Below are positions 1-11,235 of a stretch of 64,000 bases of DNA, one piece after another. The position numbers and the translations under genes are program-made. Under the pieces are notes generated by a model. That model had not been told where the DNA came from. It worked only from the letters and a program-made list of their open reading frames with translations, and made no database searches. How positions within the stretch are numbered: the first letter of the stretch is position 1; each line of letters begins with the position of its first letter. Source of the stretch: a virus; IMG/VR virus record IMGVR_UViG_3300005527_000060, one strand, 5' to 3'.

Positions 1-338
1 ATTGATATGTATCACAACTGTCTGGAAATATATTAGTTAATATATTCTCAAAGCACCAACTACCTTTTTTACTCCATGAAGTATCTTCTTTTACTTGATA
101 GACTCTAATCTCTAAAGCAGATTCATTATAGAACTCTAAATATAAATTAATATAAGCCTGAGTTAGATCAATACCCTGACTTCTCTTTTTATTAATCATA
201 GTAAAGTTATATTGATCTGAACCAAAGCCTCTATTATTCATTAGATTTTCTGCCAACTCTTGATAAAAAGGAATCTTACCTTCTTCTATATTTATAAAGA
301 AGGTAAGATTTGCTGTAACCATATAATATGTCTTCATT
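1..338 (-). CDS. hypothetical protein, N-terminal part only (ATG at 336-338, gene runs off window start)
   Basis: Open minus-strand frame from ATG at 338 to position 1 (MKTYYMVTANLTFFINIEEGKIPFYQELAENL...), with no stop before the window edge. Not in the supplied track because truncated. Confidence 0.3.
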
Positions 339-358
339 AAGTTATTAAGTATTTATGC

Positions 359-3300
359 TTAACGGACGGGACATGCCCCTTGACAAGAAGCACCTAAATC
401 AACATCATCAATATCAACATTAGCTCTTAAAGCTGCTTGTTCTAATTTAGCTAATAGATCTTCATTGACATAGAACTTGCCATCTTTAACCCACTCAGAC
501 TGCTTGAAAGAAGACATCATCTTGTTATAGACTTCTTCTGTTATTTCTTCATTAGGAAGAAGAGGATGATTACCACTGTAATAAGATAAGAAGGCCGCAT
601 TAATAAATCTAAACCAATTCTTTTCTTGATGTAACTCTTCTGCTAAGTTATCCCATTCATCTTCTTTAGCTGTAATAGTAGAAGACACCATATGATCAAC
701 ATAACAATCAGTAAATCTAAGTACATTTTGCAACTGTCTACTAGCACTTACACTACCTTGAGATTCAACCATACCAGAGTTAACAGGAAACTCAAATAAA
801 ACTGCATTAGAATTGTTAAAGGCTTCTTGTTTATCCTTATCAGTTAGAGATCTAAAGTGTTCAATTCTACTCCAAACATCTTTAAACTTTGGCTCATATT
901 TTGATTTAGTAATATTAAACCTAACTAATAACCTTTGAAATAATCTAATAACATTATTATTACTAAACACTTCAACTTGATCATTATATAGTTTAAGTAA
1001 ATCATAAGGAGTTGGAATCCAGCTAAAGCCCTGATCTTTTAATGTCTTAGCAAGAGCATCATTAGCGCCCATTTGAATTCTATTAATATAATAAGGTGCC
1101 CAATCCCAATGAACTCCACTAGAAGAGCCTAATACTTTAGAGCCAGTATTATGCGATTTAATACCACCTTGATAATACCAATGAGGATCATCTACTTCTA
1201 TATCATAAGTGTTAATTAACTCTTCTAATACTTCAACACTATCAACCTTATAAGGATTTTTATGACTCTTATCACTTGAAATAATAAAGCCATTTAATTT
1301 AGCTTTAATACTATTACTGTTAATAAAATCAATAGCTCTATTAGTTGAATAAGTTCTACTTAACTGTAAGTCATAATAAATGCCAATACTTTTAGTTGTT
1401 TCTCTTGTATAATCATAACAACTAAATGATAGCCCTACTGCTTCTCCAACTTCTTGTAACATTCTTGCAAAGTTTTCATTCTTTGTAGTAATACTACATC
1501 CTTTGTTTTTAAAGCAGCCATCATTATCTAAATAACCACAAATAAAAGATAGTAAAGCTTCTCTACTAGATCTTCTAATAATAAGAGGAATAGTAAAGTT
1601 TTTTGTCTTTAATAAACCATTAAGCTTTAAATATTCAACTAAATCTGTAGAATTAATATTTACCCTATACATATCTTTTATTTTATCTTTTGTAGCAACA
1701 GTAGAAATATTAAATAAACTATTGCTTAAATCAACAAACTTTTGTACTACTTCTATATATCCTGAATAGAAACTAATTGCATGATTAGTTACACTACCAT
1801 TAGCAAATACACTAGCAACCCACCAAGATAAATCATTAGTTATTTCTTTAGGAAATAATAAATCTTCTTTTCTTAAATGATTATATTTAGCACTGTAATT
1901 TGCTAGTAATTCATTAGTTACTTTATTATAAGTATCTAATTCAATATCTAATACATCGCCTTTCTTTAAATTAACAGCATTTTTCCATAAACCATTTACA
2001 CTAAAAGGATGTTGGAGTGTAAATACTAATTCTCTTCCATTGTTTAGTTTAATTTTTACAACTTTAGATAAGCCGTTATTATATACACTTCTAATAGAAA
2101 ATCCTTTAGTTGTTGTATTGTTTGTATCAACTTTATTAAAACCTAATTTAGATACATCTCCGATCTCATCAACTCTTAATAAACCTTCAGTTGTTGTTCT
2201 TATATGTGAAATTTTTCCGCACCCCTCTGGTTTAATACAACACACCATTAAGGGTCTTTCAATACCTAACTTATTAGCATATGTAGTTGCTTCATCATTA
2301 GCCCAGTCATTTAACTTAGTCATTAAGTCTTCTTGTTCTGTATAAGACAAATCTAGTTTATTAAATAATTGAATCCAACCAGTGACTGACACTCCCAACA
2401 ATCTTTCAGCTTTCTGAGTATCATCTAGTTCAGCTCTAGGCATAGTAACAAAGGTTTGTCTTGTAGCTATTCTAACTGTAAGTTTAATAGCTTGTTCTAA
2501 AGCTTTCTCATCTAGCTTATAACCAGTAACTGCACATAAATCATTATTATTACATTTTTTAATAACAAATTTATTAATTGGAAGAGTTGTTAAATTGCAA
2601 AATCCAGTTCCTTTACCATCTTTATAACCTACAGACAAAATTATTTCGTGGCATGGGTTCGTACAAATATCACAAAAATATTCCCAGATTTTCTTAACAT
2701 CAAAATCAGGTCTGTGCTTTCTAACAGCTAACCACTTCTTACCAACCATCTTCAAATAGTTAGCAAAGCCTGGATCACCAGCATTAGCAATTACTTTAAA
2801 TCTTTCTTTTAACCATTCAACAGAAGGTTTGTACTTATCAATAAACTTGAATAAATCTTCTTTAGAAACATCTGGATTGGCTTCTAGAAACTCTCTTAAT
2901 TCAGATAAATAAGGGGTGCCTAATGCTTCAGTATTATTACTTTGAATTCTATAATACTTACCCTTTAAAGTAGGATCATCAAATAGGTTTACCTTAGCAT
3001 TGGCCATTAGGTCATCACCTTCTTCAAAGAGACAAAGTAATGCAGATCTTCTAGTATTACCAGCTACAACACCCTTAGCAATAGCACAACAAATATCTAA
3101 ACAATCAATACTTCTAAGCTTACTATCCGGACATTCATTAAAGATATCAAAGACATCTTTAAGCAAATTCTTTAATGCTTCATGACCACTAGCCGTGCCA
3201 CCAAAACCATTAATTCTCTCACCTAATGGTCTAACAGAATCAAAATTAAATGAGATAGACGTATCTTTATTTATACAAAAAGCTATTTCTAAGAGAGCGT

Positions 3301-3880
3301 GTAAAGCATGTATCCATCCTTCTCTACTATCCCCAACCTGTACAATAGTTGCATTCTTAGAATAACTTACAATGGTACTTTCAATTCTCTCATGTTTAGG
3401 CTTTGGGTTATAAGAATCAAACAATATATCAAACTTCTTAATATTTGACAGCTCATTAATATCAGAGCCAAACACTCTAAATCCAACACCAGTACCAAGC
3501 ATTAACAGTTCAAATACAGTTGTAAAAGCTTCTATTCTATTAATAGCTAAAGCTGAACAATTGAAGGATGAAGCAGGATGTTTTTTATTAGCTTCAGTGC
3601 CTGCAATCCACATACTTCTACCAGAAGGCAGAGCTAGTAATTTATTCATATGATCCATCATAGTAGATCTTTCTAACTCATACTCTTGATCACTAATAAT
3701 ATCTTTAACAAGGTCTAAATTAGCATCTACTACTCTTGCATTTCTTTCTACAAATGTCTCTCTTCTTTTTTTATTTGGCAGCCATCTTCTATATGTTCTA
3801 ATATCAACAATAGAACCTACAGGACCAAAGTCAGGTTTAATATCTTGTTCTTCTTTATTTAACTCAAATTCAACTAACAT
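359..3880 (-). CDS. nrdJ: ribonucleotide reductase large subunit, class II-like (adenosylcobalamin-type), interrupted in-frame by an intein
   Basis: 1173-aa ORF. RNR active-site motif CDICTNPCHEI, C-terminal redox Cys pair CQGAC, conserved IKPEG|T(GSKVL) region split by a ~358-aa insertion. No nrdB-like gene nearby, consistent with class II. Confidence 0.8.
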   Translation of the reverse strand: MLVEFELNKEEQDIKPDFGPVGSIVDIRTYRRWLPNKKRRETFVERNARVVDANLDLVKDIISDQEYELERSTMMDHMNKLLALPSGRSMWIAGTEANKKHPASSFNCSALAINRIEAFTTVFELLMLGTGVGFRVFGSDINELSNIKKFDILFDSYNPKPKHERIESTIVSYSKNATIVQVGDSREGWIHALHALLEIAFCINKDTSISFNFDSVRPLGERINGFGGTASGHEALKNLLKDVFDIFNECPDSKLRSIDCLDICCAIAKGVVAGNTRRSALLCLFEEGDDLMANAKVNLFDDPTLKGKYYRIQSNNTEALGTPYLSELREFLEANPDVSKEDLFKFIDKYKPSVEWLKERFKVIANAGDPGFANYLKMVGKKWLAVRKHRPDFDVKKIWEYFCDICTNPCHEIILSVGYKDGKGTGFCNLTTLPINKFVIKKCNNNDLCAVTGYKLDEKALEQAIKLTVRIATRQTFVTMPRAELDDTQKAERLLGVSVTGWIQLFNKLDLSYTEQEDLMTKLNDWANDEATTYANKLGIERPLMVCCIKPEGCGKISHIRTTTEGLLRVDEIGDVSKLGFNKVDTNNTTTKGFSIRSVYNNGLSKVVKIKLNNGRELVFTLQHPFSVNGLWKNAVNLKKGDVLDIELDTYNKVTNELLANYSAKYNHLRKEDLLFPKEITNDLSWWVASVFANGSVTNHAISFYSGYIEVVQKFVDLSNSLFNISTVATKDKIKDMYRVNINSTDLVEYLKLNGLLKTKNFTIPLIIRRSSREALLSFICGYLDNDGCFKNKGCSITTKNENFARMLQEVGEAVGLSFSCYDYTRETTKSIGIYYDLQLSRTYSTNRAIDFINSNSIKAKLNGFIISSDKSHKNPYKVDSVEVLEELINTYDIEVDDPHWYYQGGIKSHNTGSKVLGSSSGVHWDWAPYYINRIQMGANDALAKTLKDQGFSWIPTPYDLLKLYNDQVEVFSNNNVIRLFQRLLVRFNITKSKYEPKFKDVWSRIEHFRSLTDKDKQEAFNNSNAVLFEFPVNSGMVESQGSVSASRQLQNVLRFTDCYVDHMVSSTITAKEDEWDNLAEELHQEKNWFRFINAAFLSYYSGNHPLLPNEEITEEVYNKMMSSFKQSEWVKDGKFYVNEDLLAKLEQAALRANVDIDDVDLGASCQGACPVR
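1148..2221 (-). mobile_element. intein with LAGLIDADG homing-endonuclease domain inside the RNR
   Basis: Insertion begins with Cys right after extein IKPEG (aa ~554) and ends ...GGIKSHN followed by Thr (+1) of extein TGSKVLG (aa ~911). Internal LAGLIDADG motifs LSWWVASVFANGSV and LLSFICGYLDNDGCF. Excising it restores the conserved RNR KPEGT motif. Confidence 0.65.
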
Positions 3881-3991
3881 ATAAATAAGTAATAATAATT
3901 TTATCTTTTAAAGACAAACTTAAATGTATTGATAAGTTAACACAGCTTTTATTACAATTTTATGTAATGTGTTAACTTATCAATTAGATCA

Positions 3992-4342
3992 CTATTTTAC
4001 TTTCTTTGTAGTTACTTCTTGTTCTTGTGTATTTTTATAGTCAATGGAAGCTGCAGCTTCCATTGGAATAAGTGTTACTACTCTTGTCCAATTTCTTTGA
4101 GCTACCGCTTCAATTACATCTTCTCTATTCTTATGAGTTGCTAGTTTAATAGCCTGAGCACCTGGCCCTTTAATTCTGATCTTTTCTTTACTAACAAAGG
4201 TTACTTTAAACCCATCAGGAGTAGACTCTCTACTAGAAATAATAGCAACATTTCTCTTTAGATTATTAAGATGTGCCGACTTAAGTCTTCTCTCATCAGA
4301 AGCTGGTCTTTTATTTTTATTACCTTTTACTGGTTTAGCCAT
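3992..4342 (-). CDS. hypothetical basic protein
   Basis: 116-aa ORF, Lys/Arg-rich N-terminus (MAKPVKGNKNKRPASDERRL). Ends in tandem stops TAG-TGA. Confidence 0.4.
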   Translation of the reverse strand: MAKPVKGNKNKRPASDERRLKSAHLNNLKRNVAIISSRESTPDGFKVTFVSKEKIRIKGPGAQAIKLATHKNREDVIEAVAQRNWTRVVTLIPMEAAASIDYKNTQEQEVTTKKVK

Positions 4343-4590
4343 GATATGTATTTCCTATTATTTTTATTAAATTATGTTCTTTGAGCTATATATTTTTTAA
4401 AGGTTACACTATTAAAACTTTTAGTTGTATTAGGTAAAACTGACAAACAAAAGTCTAAAATGATTTGTCTTTCCTTCTCATTGCTTATCTGACATATATG
4501 ATTTGCCAAATAAATAAAATCTTTTTCTAGTCACATTGTTATAGTAAATATAGTAATTTGCTACTTAACTAATAAAACTTAAAAAGCATA

Positions 4591-5385
4591 TTAAATGTCT
4601 AATACTTTTAAATCATATTTATCTAACAAAGTATTGTCATTTATATATAATAAACTATACTCTACACTGTATTTAAAAGATACATTGTCAAACAACTTAT
4701 CATTTATAAATTGTTTTTTAATTTTATATCTAATATGTGGATTTAAGTTTAAGGGTGACCAAGTATCCTCAGGGCTATATTTAAAATCTTTTAAGAGATA
4801 TCTATCTTTTAATTTAATTATAAAGCCTAGACTAGAACATTTCTCCTTATTATTTCTTTCACTGATCATATATACTAGATCAGTATTAAGAAACATAATT
4901 AAGCCAGTTAAATCTGATTCAGAATATGGCATTAATCTAACAAATAAATAAAGACATTCTTTATTTATTTCAAATGTCAAGTCACCATCTGCTGTATATA
5001 TGTTATTAAAAATAGAATCAGGTAGAAGATAATCTAACACTTTAACTTGATCCTTTGTAACAAGTCCTTTATAAAATGACTTGCTAGTTATTTTTATATA
5101 CTCTTCTATAGACATTGTAAAAGGAGCTGAATATGTATAATATTGAGCCTCTGAGTTTTGCATAAAATAATAATTATTATCTAATCTTACTTTTAGCAAT
5201 ACATTATAAACATCTCTACAAAAATCATGATCTAAAACATGATCCTTTAATTTTACATTGAGACAAAATAAAACTCCATCAATTTCTTCTAAAGTTATTT
5301 GTTTTTTCAGACGTAAAAAAACAGATGCTTTAATAGGAAACTGATTAATTTTATTTTTTATTGTATCTAGTCTTATTAACTTCAT
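4591..5385 (-). CDS. hypothetical protein
   Basis: 264-aa ORF in minus-strand gene series; no recognisable motif. Confidence 0.4.
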   Translation of the reverse strand: MKLIRLDTIKNKINQFPIKASVFLRLKKQITLEEIDGVLFCLNVKLKDHVLDHDFCRDVYNVLLKVRLDNNYYFMQNSEAQYYTYSAPFTMSIEEYIKITSKSFYKGLVTKDQVKVLDYLLPDSIFNNIYTADGDLTFEINKECLYLFVRLMPYSESDLTGLIMFLNTDLVYMISERNNKEKCSSLGFIIKLKDRYLLKDFKYSPEDTWSPLNLNPHIRYKIKKQFINDKLFDNVSFKYSVEYSLLYINDNTLLDKYDLKVLDI

Positions 5386-5442
5386 TATTTATAAGGATTT
5401 ATAAGGTTATTTTATGTCTATAACTATTAATATAAAACTCTT

Positions 5443-5964
5443 TTAATTTTTAGTTAAAAGAGTTTTATAGTATAGAGCAATTGCTATTGCATCTGCTTGC
5501 CCATCATTTTTAGGATTAAAATCTCTTGTTAATACCATACTCTTTCTTTTTGTTGGTTTAAGTTTAAGAGGCAATCCTGGATCAATAACATTTTTAAGAA
5601 CTATTGATTGCCAAACTCTAGGTTCAACTTCAATTATTTCAAAATCTAATGTAGACAATATTCCCAACAACATTCCAAAGTTTTTCATAGTGGTTTTTGC
5701 TGATTTAGTACCATCTCTACCACTCATTATAGTTTGAGTTTCAATAATAACTTTATTAGTTAATAAACTCCATTCTTGTAGTTTAGTATATATGTTTTTA
5801 CCATGTAGCCAAGTCTTTTTATCTTTTTTATAAGTAGGAGTATTAAGAACTTCTATTACTTTATCTGTAGTCAAATTATAAAGGCACAAGGCACCTTCTA
5901 AACCAGGATCTAAACTTATTACATACTTGTTATTATCTTTAACAATTTTATTACTAGATTGCAT
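5443..5964 (-). CDS. RuvC-like Holliday junction resolvase
   Basis: 173 aa. ISLDPGLEGAL (RuvC motif I D-P-G), IETQ, and DGQADAIAIALY (catalytic Asp with following Ala-rich helix), typical of the RuvC/A22 resolvase family. Confidence 0.65.
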   Translation of the reverse strand: MQSSNKIVKDNNKYVISLDPGLEGALCLYNLTTDKVIEVLNTPTYKKDKKTWLHGKNIYTKLQEWSLLTNKVIIETQTIMSGRDGTKSAKTTMKNFGMLLGILSTLDFEIIEVEPRVWQSIVLKNVIDPGLPLKLKPTKRKSMVLTRDFNPKNDGQADAIAIALYYKTLLTKN

Positions 5965-6019
5965 ACAAATACTTTACATATTGTTAATACTGTAGAGTAT
6001 ATATTAAATTAGAACAAAA

Positions 6020-6991
6020 GTGAAAAGATATTTATTCTTTCCAACATATCAATCTGATTGGTTTTTAGAACCACAGTATGTATTATGTGGCAGTCCCATA
6101 ACGGCTACTTTATCTCCTGTATCTAATGCAACTACTTATTTATGGGAGCAAATAGAGCCTAATCCCCTAACAGATCCTGTAACTATAATTCCAAATAACA
6201 CAAGTAAAAATGTAATTATTATTATTCCAAATAATATACAAAGTAATATTAGACTTAGAGTAACTTTAAATGGAGACACTAATAATTACAAATTTGTAGA
6301 TATCGTTCCTTTATTAGTTGATAACATTAATAATTTTAGTAAAGGAGGTTCTTTATTAGCTTATAACAATACATTAAATGATCCTATCACTATAACTTTA
6401 GCACCCTATCCTCCAGATGGTCCTCAAGTTATACAATATACTAATAATAATCAAACAACAGGAATTAGATTAAACAGTGTAAATTACACTTATAGAAATA
6501 CATTTGCACAATTTATTGATGTAATAGACTCAAATAACAATACAACTTCTGTATCAGTATTTAAATCAATAACAGACTTAACAACGCCTGACACTAGACT
6601 TAATTTAAATGTTAATACTAACTATACTTTTATAAAAAGATGGTTAGACATTAAAGTATTATCTCAAGAATTAGAAGGCAGTAATCAGCAAATATTAATG
6701 TCTTACCCTAATTATATAGCTGATGAATATGCTAAAACTTTTAATAAGGGCGCTTCTTTATTAACATTTAATAGAGTACCTTTTACAGTACAAAACATAT
6801 TTAACTTAGAAGATATAAGTAGTAGTAGTAATTTTAATAAAGGTGGCTCTTTATTATCATTTAATAGGGTACCTTTTACAGTACAAAACTTATCAGATAA
6901 TAATGATAATATAAGCAGTAGTAATTTTAATAAAGGCGCTTCTTATTTATCATTTAATAGGATACCTTTCACTTCAATAATTATAGGATAA
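6020..6991 (+). CDS. repeat-containing structural/fibre-like protein
   Basis: 323 aa, N/T/S-rich. C-terminus has three tandem ~32-aa repeats (NFNKGxSLLxFNRVPFTVQN). Confidence 0.45.
   Translation: MKRYLFFPTYQSDWFLEPQYVLCGSPITATLSPVSNATTYLWEQIEPNPLTDPVTIIPNNTSKNVIIIIPNNIQSNIRLRVTLNGDTNNYKFVDIVPLLVDNINNFSKGGSLLAYNNTLNDPITITLAPYPPDGPQVIQYTNNNQTTGIRLNSVNYTYRNTFAQFIDVIDSNNNTTSVSVFKSITDLTTPDTRLNLNVNTNYTFIKRWLDIKVLSQELEGSNQQILMSYPNYIADEYAKTFNKGASLLTFNRVPFTVQNIFNLEDISSSSNFNKGGSLLSFNRVPFTVQNLSDNNDNISSSNFNKGASYLSFNRIPFTSIIIG
6742..6985 (+). repeat. three tandem ~96-nt coding repeats at the 3' end of the 6020..6991 gene
   Basis: Near-identical nucleotide units aataa(a/g)gg(c/t)g(c/g)ttctttatta(a/t)catttaatag(a/g)gtaccttttacagtacaaaac seen directly. 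Confidence 0.55.
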
Positions 6992-7000
6992 AACAAATAA

Positions 7001-9859
7001 ATGAAATTATCAGGCCATTTAACTTTAGAAATAGTAGATGAAATTACTGGCAAAGTAATAGAAAAAAGAGAGCAAGATAATATAATTACTAATTTTGCTT
7101 ATACTGAAATGGTAAAGAATGATAATATATTTCAGTGGGCAGGAAGAAATATATTTATAAGCACAGAAACTGCTACTCCTGTGAGATCTAAAACATCAAT
7201 TCAATGTAGTGGAACCGCTTATCAAGGTTCTGGACAACCTGCAATTCAAGCTTTTCAAAATGCTAATCCACCTTATTTTGTAATAACACAAAGGTTAGAT
7301 GCAGTAGTAACTCCTAGAACATTTCAAACAGTTGGATTAACTCAATCTAGTGTAGGTCAAGTTGCAAATACAACAGTAGCTCCTTGGGCATATTTGTTAC
7401 TTAATACTCCTTGTACTCAACAGGCAGAACAAATTATAAATTTAACTTATAGAGTAACAGTACAAAATGCAACAGTTCCTGGAGTTTCTATAATTAAATA
7501 TCCAAGATGGATAAATGATGTTTGTGATGCATTAGTTAATACTACATTTGAAAGATATAACTTCTTATATAACACAGTAGTTCCAGCTTCTTTAGATGAA
7601 TATAACTGGCAGTTGTTGTTTGTAAGTAATAGGCTTAGTAGAACAGGAAGCACAGATGGTTTTAGCCAACCAGCATCTGGAACTTTTATATCAGGTCAGA
7701 ATCAAAATACTTTATTTTATAGATGTAAACAATATTGGACTATACCAAGAGACAATAATAATTCTAGATTTTCAAATGGAAGAATATTTAATGGTTATTT
7801 ATGTGGAAATAATTTTACAACAAAAACTGCAACAGGAAACAGACCAGAATCAGATCCTGGAAATACTTTTTCAGCTCATAAACATACAACTTTAAATAAT
7901 GTAACTTCCAGTTCTAATTTGCAGTCAGCTTTTGCTTATAGTGCAAATCCTAGAGATGATTTAGCTGGCATGTTTATACCTGATAATAATCCTAGTGGAA
8001 CAGGTGTTTTACAGTTTTCAGAAGATCCATGGACTGAAAAATGGCCTTCTATATATAGAATAAGAATAACTGAAGGAGGCCCTGTTGGAACTGCAAAATT
8101 TGTACTTGGAGTTAAAAGATTTGGAGGACATTCTGCTGATGCAAATTTTACTTATAGTGGATCTGGTACATCATTTCATCCATATATATATGCTGCATTA
8201 CAACCTTATCCTAATTGTCATGGTTGGCAATATGTAGCACCTATTATTGCTTGGGATAACTATTTAACAGTACAAGCAGATCAAAATGGACTTAGTATAA
8301 TTAATCAATTTACAGGTCAACATTGGGATTTTGACAGTACAAGACCTTCTCCATTTACATTATCTATTACACAATTTAGACAGTTTGCATTAGATCAAGC
8401 AAGAAACTTAATTTATGTTGCTGATTCTGTTACTGGATTATGGAAAATTAATATAACAAACATAAACAGTCCTGTTATAACACAAGAATCAACAACCCCT
8501 ACATATGCAGTTGATGTTAATGTTAATGGAGTAGTTTATGCTTTTATGAATTTAGCTACAACTGCTCTAACTTTAACTAGTTCTGCTAGTAGTTATACTA
8601 CTAATTTAAACTTTACAACTGTTGCTTTAACAACTTCTAATTGGCTTAATATACATATTAATAAAATACATGCTGATACTAGGATGGCTATCTGTGTTAG
8701 AGATAATACAGTTACTAATGGATTAAGAGGAGCTAGAGTATATTGGTGGAGTTTAGCTGGGGGCTCAAGTGCTAATAATATAACAACAGTACAAATATAT
8801 GTGGGAGAACATCAAGCTAATTATGCTTGGTCTAAAGGAAGTGATAATAGATTATGGAGTGGTGATGGCACTTTATTATCCTTTAACAGTAGTACTATTA
8901 TTAGACAGAATCCAGGAGATTTATCACAATTAAATTTATTACCTCAGTATGGAACTGAATCATATAGACAATTAGATGGAACAATAAATACGACTAACTT
9001 ATTTGGAAATGCTTGTGTTGCACAGGATTATTGGGGTAATTTTGTATCTAATAATGCTAATGGAAACATACAGTTAAGTAGTACAGGAGCTTCTGTTGGA
9101 AGTTATAATGAAAATACAAAATATCCTAGAATGCATATTAAAAGAGTGTCATTACCTAATGGTATAGTTTTAGCAGATACAGTTAGTTCAAATTATCTTA
9201 CAACTGGAAGTAGTAATACTTTATCTAGTTGGATTTGGTATAAATGGAATGGTACTAACTGGATTCCTTCTGTAACTTATAACAATAATACAGGAGATTT
9301 CACTGATACAACTGGAAGTGATACTAGAACTACTAGTAGTTCTTTTATAGATTTAATTGATGGAATAAATGTTAGATTTGAAAATACTGCAACTGGAACA
9401 TCATTTGTAGCTAATGAAGTATATGATCAATATGTATGTCAAGGTTTTATGAAAACAAATGATACATCTTTATATATTGAGAATATAACAGCATATATAC
9501 AACCCTATTTTGAAAAAGTAACATTAACTCCAACTATAATTACAGCCCCTAATAATTATGGAGTAGTAGTTGATGGAGCACCAGGAAACTTAGGATTAAG
9601 TAGTGCAGTTTCTGCTACAACAGAAAATGCTTTATGGCATTCAATATTACCAGAATATGCTCCAAACTTAATGAGATTTACTATAGATGGAACACCTATT
9701 ACAGGTATTTTTAGAGAAACTGTAGAAACAATTCCTACTCAAGCATCTCTTACAACTGGACAAGTAATTGTATATAGAAATGGTTTAATATTATGTTCTA
9801 CTGCTGATGTAGGTAAAACATTAGCTGGTTATTTCAGTTATGTAGCTAGGAGTGATTAA
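7001..9859 (+). CDS. large (952 aa) structural or tail-fibre-like protein
   Basis: Long N/T/S/G-rich ORF immediately downstream of the 6020 gene, plus strand, TAA stop. No enzymatic motifs. Confidence 0.45.
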   Translation: MKLSGHLTLEIVDEITGKVIEKREQDNIITNFAYTEMVKNDNIFQWAGRNIFISTETATPVRSKTSIQCSGTAYQGSGQPAIQAFQNANPPYFVITQRLDAVVTPRTFQTVGLTQSSVGQVANTTVAPWAYLLLNTPCTQQAEQIINLTYRVTVQNATVPGVSIIKYPRWINDVCDALVNTTFERYNFLYNTVVPASLDEYNWQLLFVSNRLSRTGSTDGFSQPASGTFISGQNQNTLFYRCKQYWTIPRDNNNSRFSNGRIFNGYLCGNNFTTKTATGNRPESDPGNTFSAHKHTTLNNVTSSSNLQSAFAYSANPRDDLAGMFIPDNNPSGTGVLQFSEDPWTEKWPSIYRIRITEGGPVGTAKFVLGVKRFGGHSADANFTYSGSGTSFHPYIYAALQPYPNCHGWQYVAPIIAWDNYLTVQADQNGLSIINQFTGQHWDFDSTRPSPFTLSITQFRQFALDQARNLIYVADSVTGLWKINITNINSPVITQESTTPTYAVDVNVNGVVYAFMNLATTALTLTSSASSYTTNLNFTTVALTTSNWLNIHINKIHADTRMAICVRDNTVTNGLRGARVYWWSLAGGSSANNITTVQIYVGEHQANYAWSKGSDNRLWSGDGTLLSFNSSTIIRQNPGDLSQLNLLPQYGTESYRQLDGTINTTNLFGNACVAQDYWGNFVSNNANGNIQLSSTGASVGSYNENTKYPRMHIKRVSLPNGIVLADTVSSNYLTTGSSNTLSSWIWYKWNGTNWIPSVTYNNNTGDFTDTTGSDTRTTSSSFIDLIDGINVRFENTATGTSFVANEVYDQYVCQGFMKTNDTSLYIENITAYIQPYFEKVTLTPTIITAPNNYGVVVDGAPGNLGLSSAVSATTENALWHSILPEYAPNLMRFTIDGTPITGIFRETVETIPTQASLTTGQVIVYRNGLILCSTADVGKTLAGYFSYVARSD

Positions 9860-10203
9860 TTAAATCTTCTTTTAGCTTTAAATAACCAATAAGTAGTAAT
9901 AATATAATTATCATAATCAATAATTACACACACTCCTCTCAATGTACTTATATATTTAATATATTTAGTATTTATTAAATCCTTATCATAAATAGTAAAA
10001 GAGAGGGCCTTTATAGCCCTCTTTTTAGTGCCATATACAATAGCAATCCAAATATATTCAATTGGGATTGCTCTCAAATCACTTCTTCTTTGAGCGTGTT
10101 CTACATCTTTAGGAACACCTCCAAACTCAGCCTGATTAACTAAACAATTTTCTTTTATTAGTTTATCTTTGTCAACCAACTGCTTTATCTTTTTCATACT
10201 CAT
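9856..10203 (-). CDS. hypothetical protein
   Basis: 115-aa ORF; start overlaps the next gene. Confidence 0.35.
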   Translation of the reverse strand: MSMKKIKQLVDKDKLIKENCLVNQAEFGGVPKDVEHAQRRSDLRAIPIEYIWIAIVYGTKKRAIKALSFTIYDKDLINTKYIKYISTLRGVCVIIDYDNYIITTYWLFKAKRRFN

Positions 10204-10555
10204 TTAATAACAGTCTCCGAGCTACTAAATATGCTATGTAATCTTGTATATTAGCAACCCTAACATTATTAAATGCCGCTTCTTTTATAAAGCTTATAGG
10301 TTCTTCTTCATTAATAAAATTATAACAATCATTAAATATAACACCATATTGCTTTAGAAGATCCTTATTTATATCCTTTTCAAATATATCAAGAACTGCT
10401 TTATCAATTTTGATTATATGATCAATAACATAATCCCATGTTATCTCTTCGTCTACAAAATTTAATAAATTTACATAACCAATAAAACAATTTAATGCAT
10501 TGGTTCTAGGCTGCAGTGTTAAAAAACTTAGTAGCTTATTAACTTTTGGGTTCAT
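10172..10555 (-). CDS. hypothetical protein
   Basis: 127-aa ORF, TGA stop, overlaps neighbours in phage-like fashion. Confidence 0.35.
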   Translation of the reverse strand: MNPKVNKLLSFLTLQPRTNALNCFIGYVNLLNFVDEEITWDYVIDHIIKIDKAVLDIFEKDINKDLLKQYGVIFNDCYNFINEEEPISFIKEAAFNNVRVANIQDYIAYLVARRLLLNEYEKDKAVG

Positions 10556-11235
10556 TTATTTCTACTATTCCTTAAATAATTATTAGCCATCCACAAGGGA
10601 CATTGTTTTAATCTATTCTTTATAGAAGCATTAATCAGAACAACTTTAGTTCTTTCTTTCATTATACATTTGGGAAATAAGCCAAGCTTTGATACTTCAT
10701 TTATGGTAAATCTAGGAACACCTAATAAAACACAATCTAATCTTATCTTTTCTAGTCTAAGTAATAAAGACCAGAAATATGTAAATAACATATAAGGATG
10801 TGTATCTCCATTTATTATTTGAGTAAAGCTATAACTATCTTTAACTATATGTTCATTCTTAACACTAAAATAATAATAGTTTAAACCTTCTTTATTTAAA
10901 GTCTTTTTTAATCTATTAAACCTTTTAAAAGTAACTTCCCACATATTACTGTAAAAAGAAACTTCATCATCAAATACTAGATCAACACAAGAGTGAGTTA
11001 ATAAATTTCTACTTATAATCTCATTTATTATAATTAAGTAGTGAGGATATAACCTATGTAATACTCTATGTTCATAGACGCACATCTTTTGTAATCTTGG
11101 TCTTAATAGATTATTAATTAAGTTTATTACATGTTCATCTTCTTTAATAGACACTGCAATTAATACAAAAGGTATATATAAATCATCAGCAGATCCACAC
11201 TGAACTGATATACAATTAATAATGTTTGGAGTCAT
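10552..11235 (-). CDS. hypothetical protein
   Basis: 227-aa ORF, 4-nt overlap with upstream primase gene. Confidence 0.4.
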   Translation of the reverse strand: MTPNIINCISVQCGSADDLYIPFVLIAVSIKEDEHVINLINNLLRPRLQKMCVYEHRVLHRLYPHYLIIINEIISRNLLTHSCVDLVFDDEVSFYSNMWEVTFKRFNRLKKTLNKEGLNYYYFSVKNEHIVKDSYSFTQIINGDTHPYMLFTYFWSLLLRLEKIRLDCVLLGVPRFTINEVSKLGLFPKCIMKERTKVVLINASIKNRLKQCPLWMANNYLRNSRNK

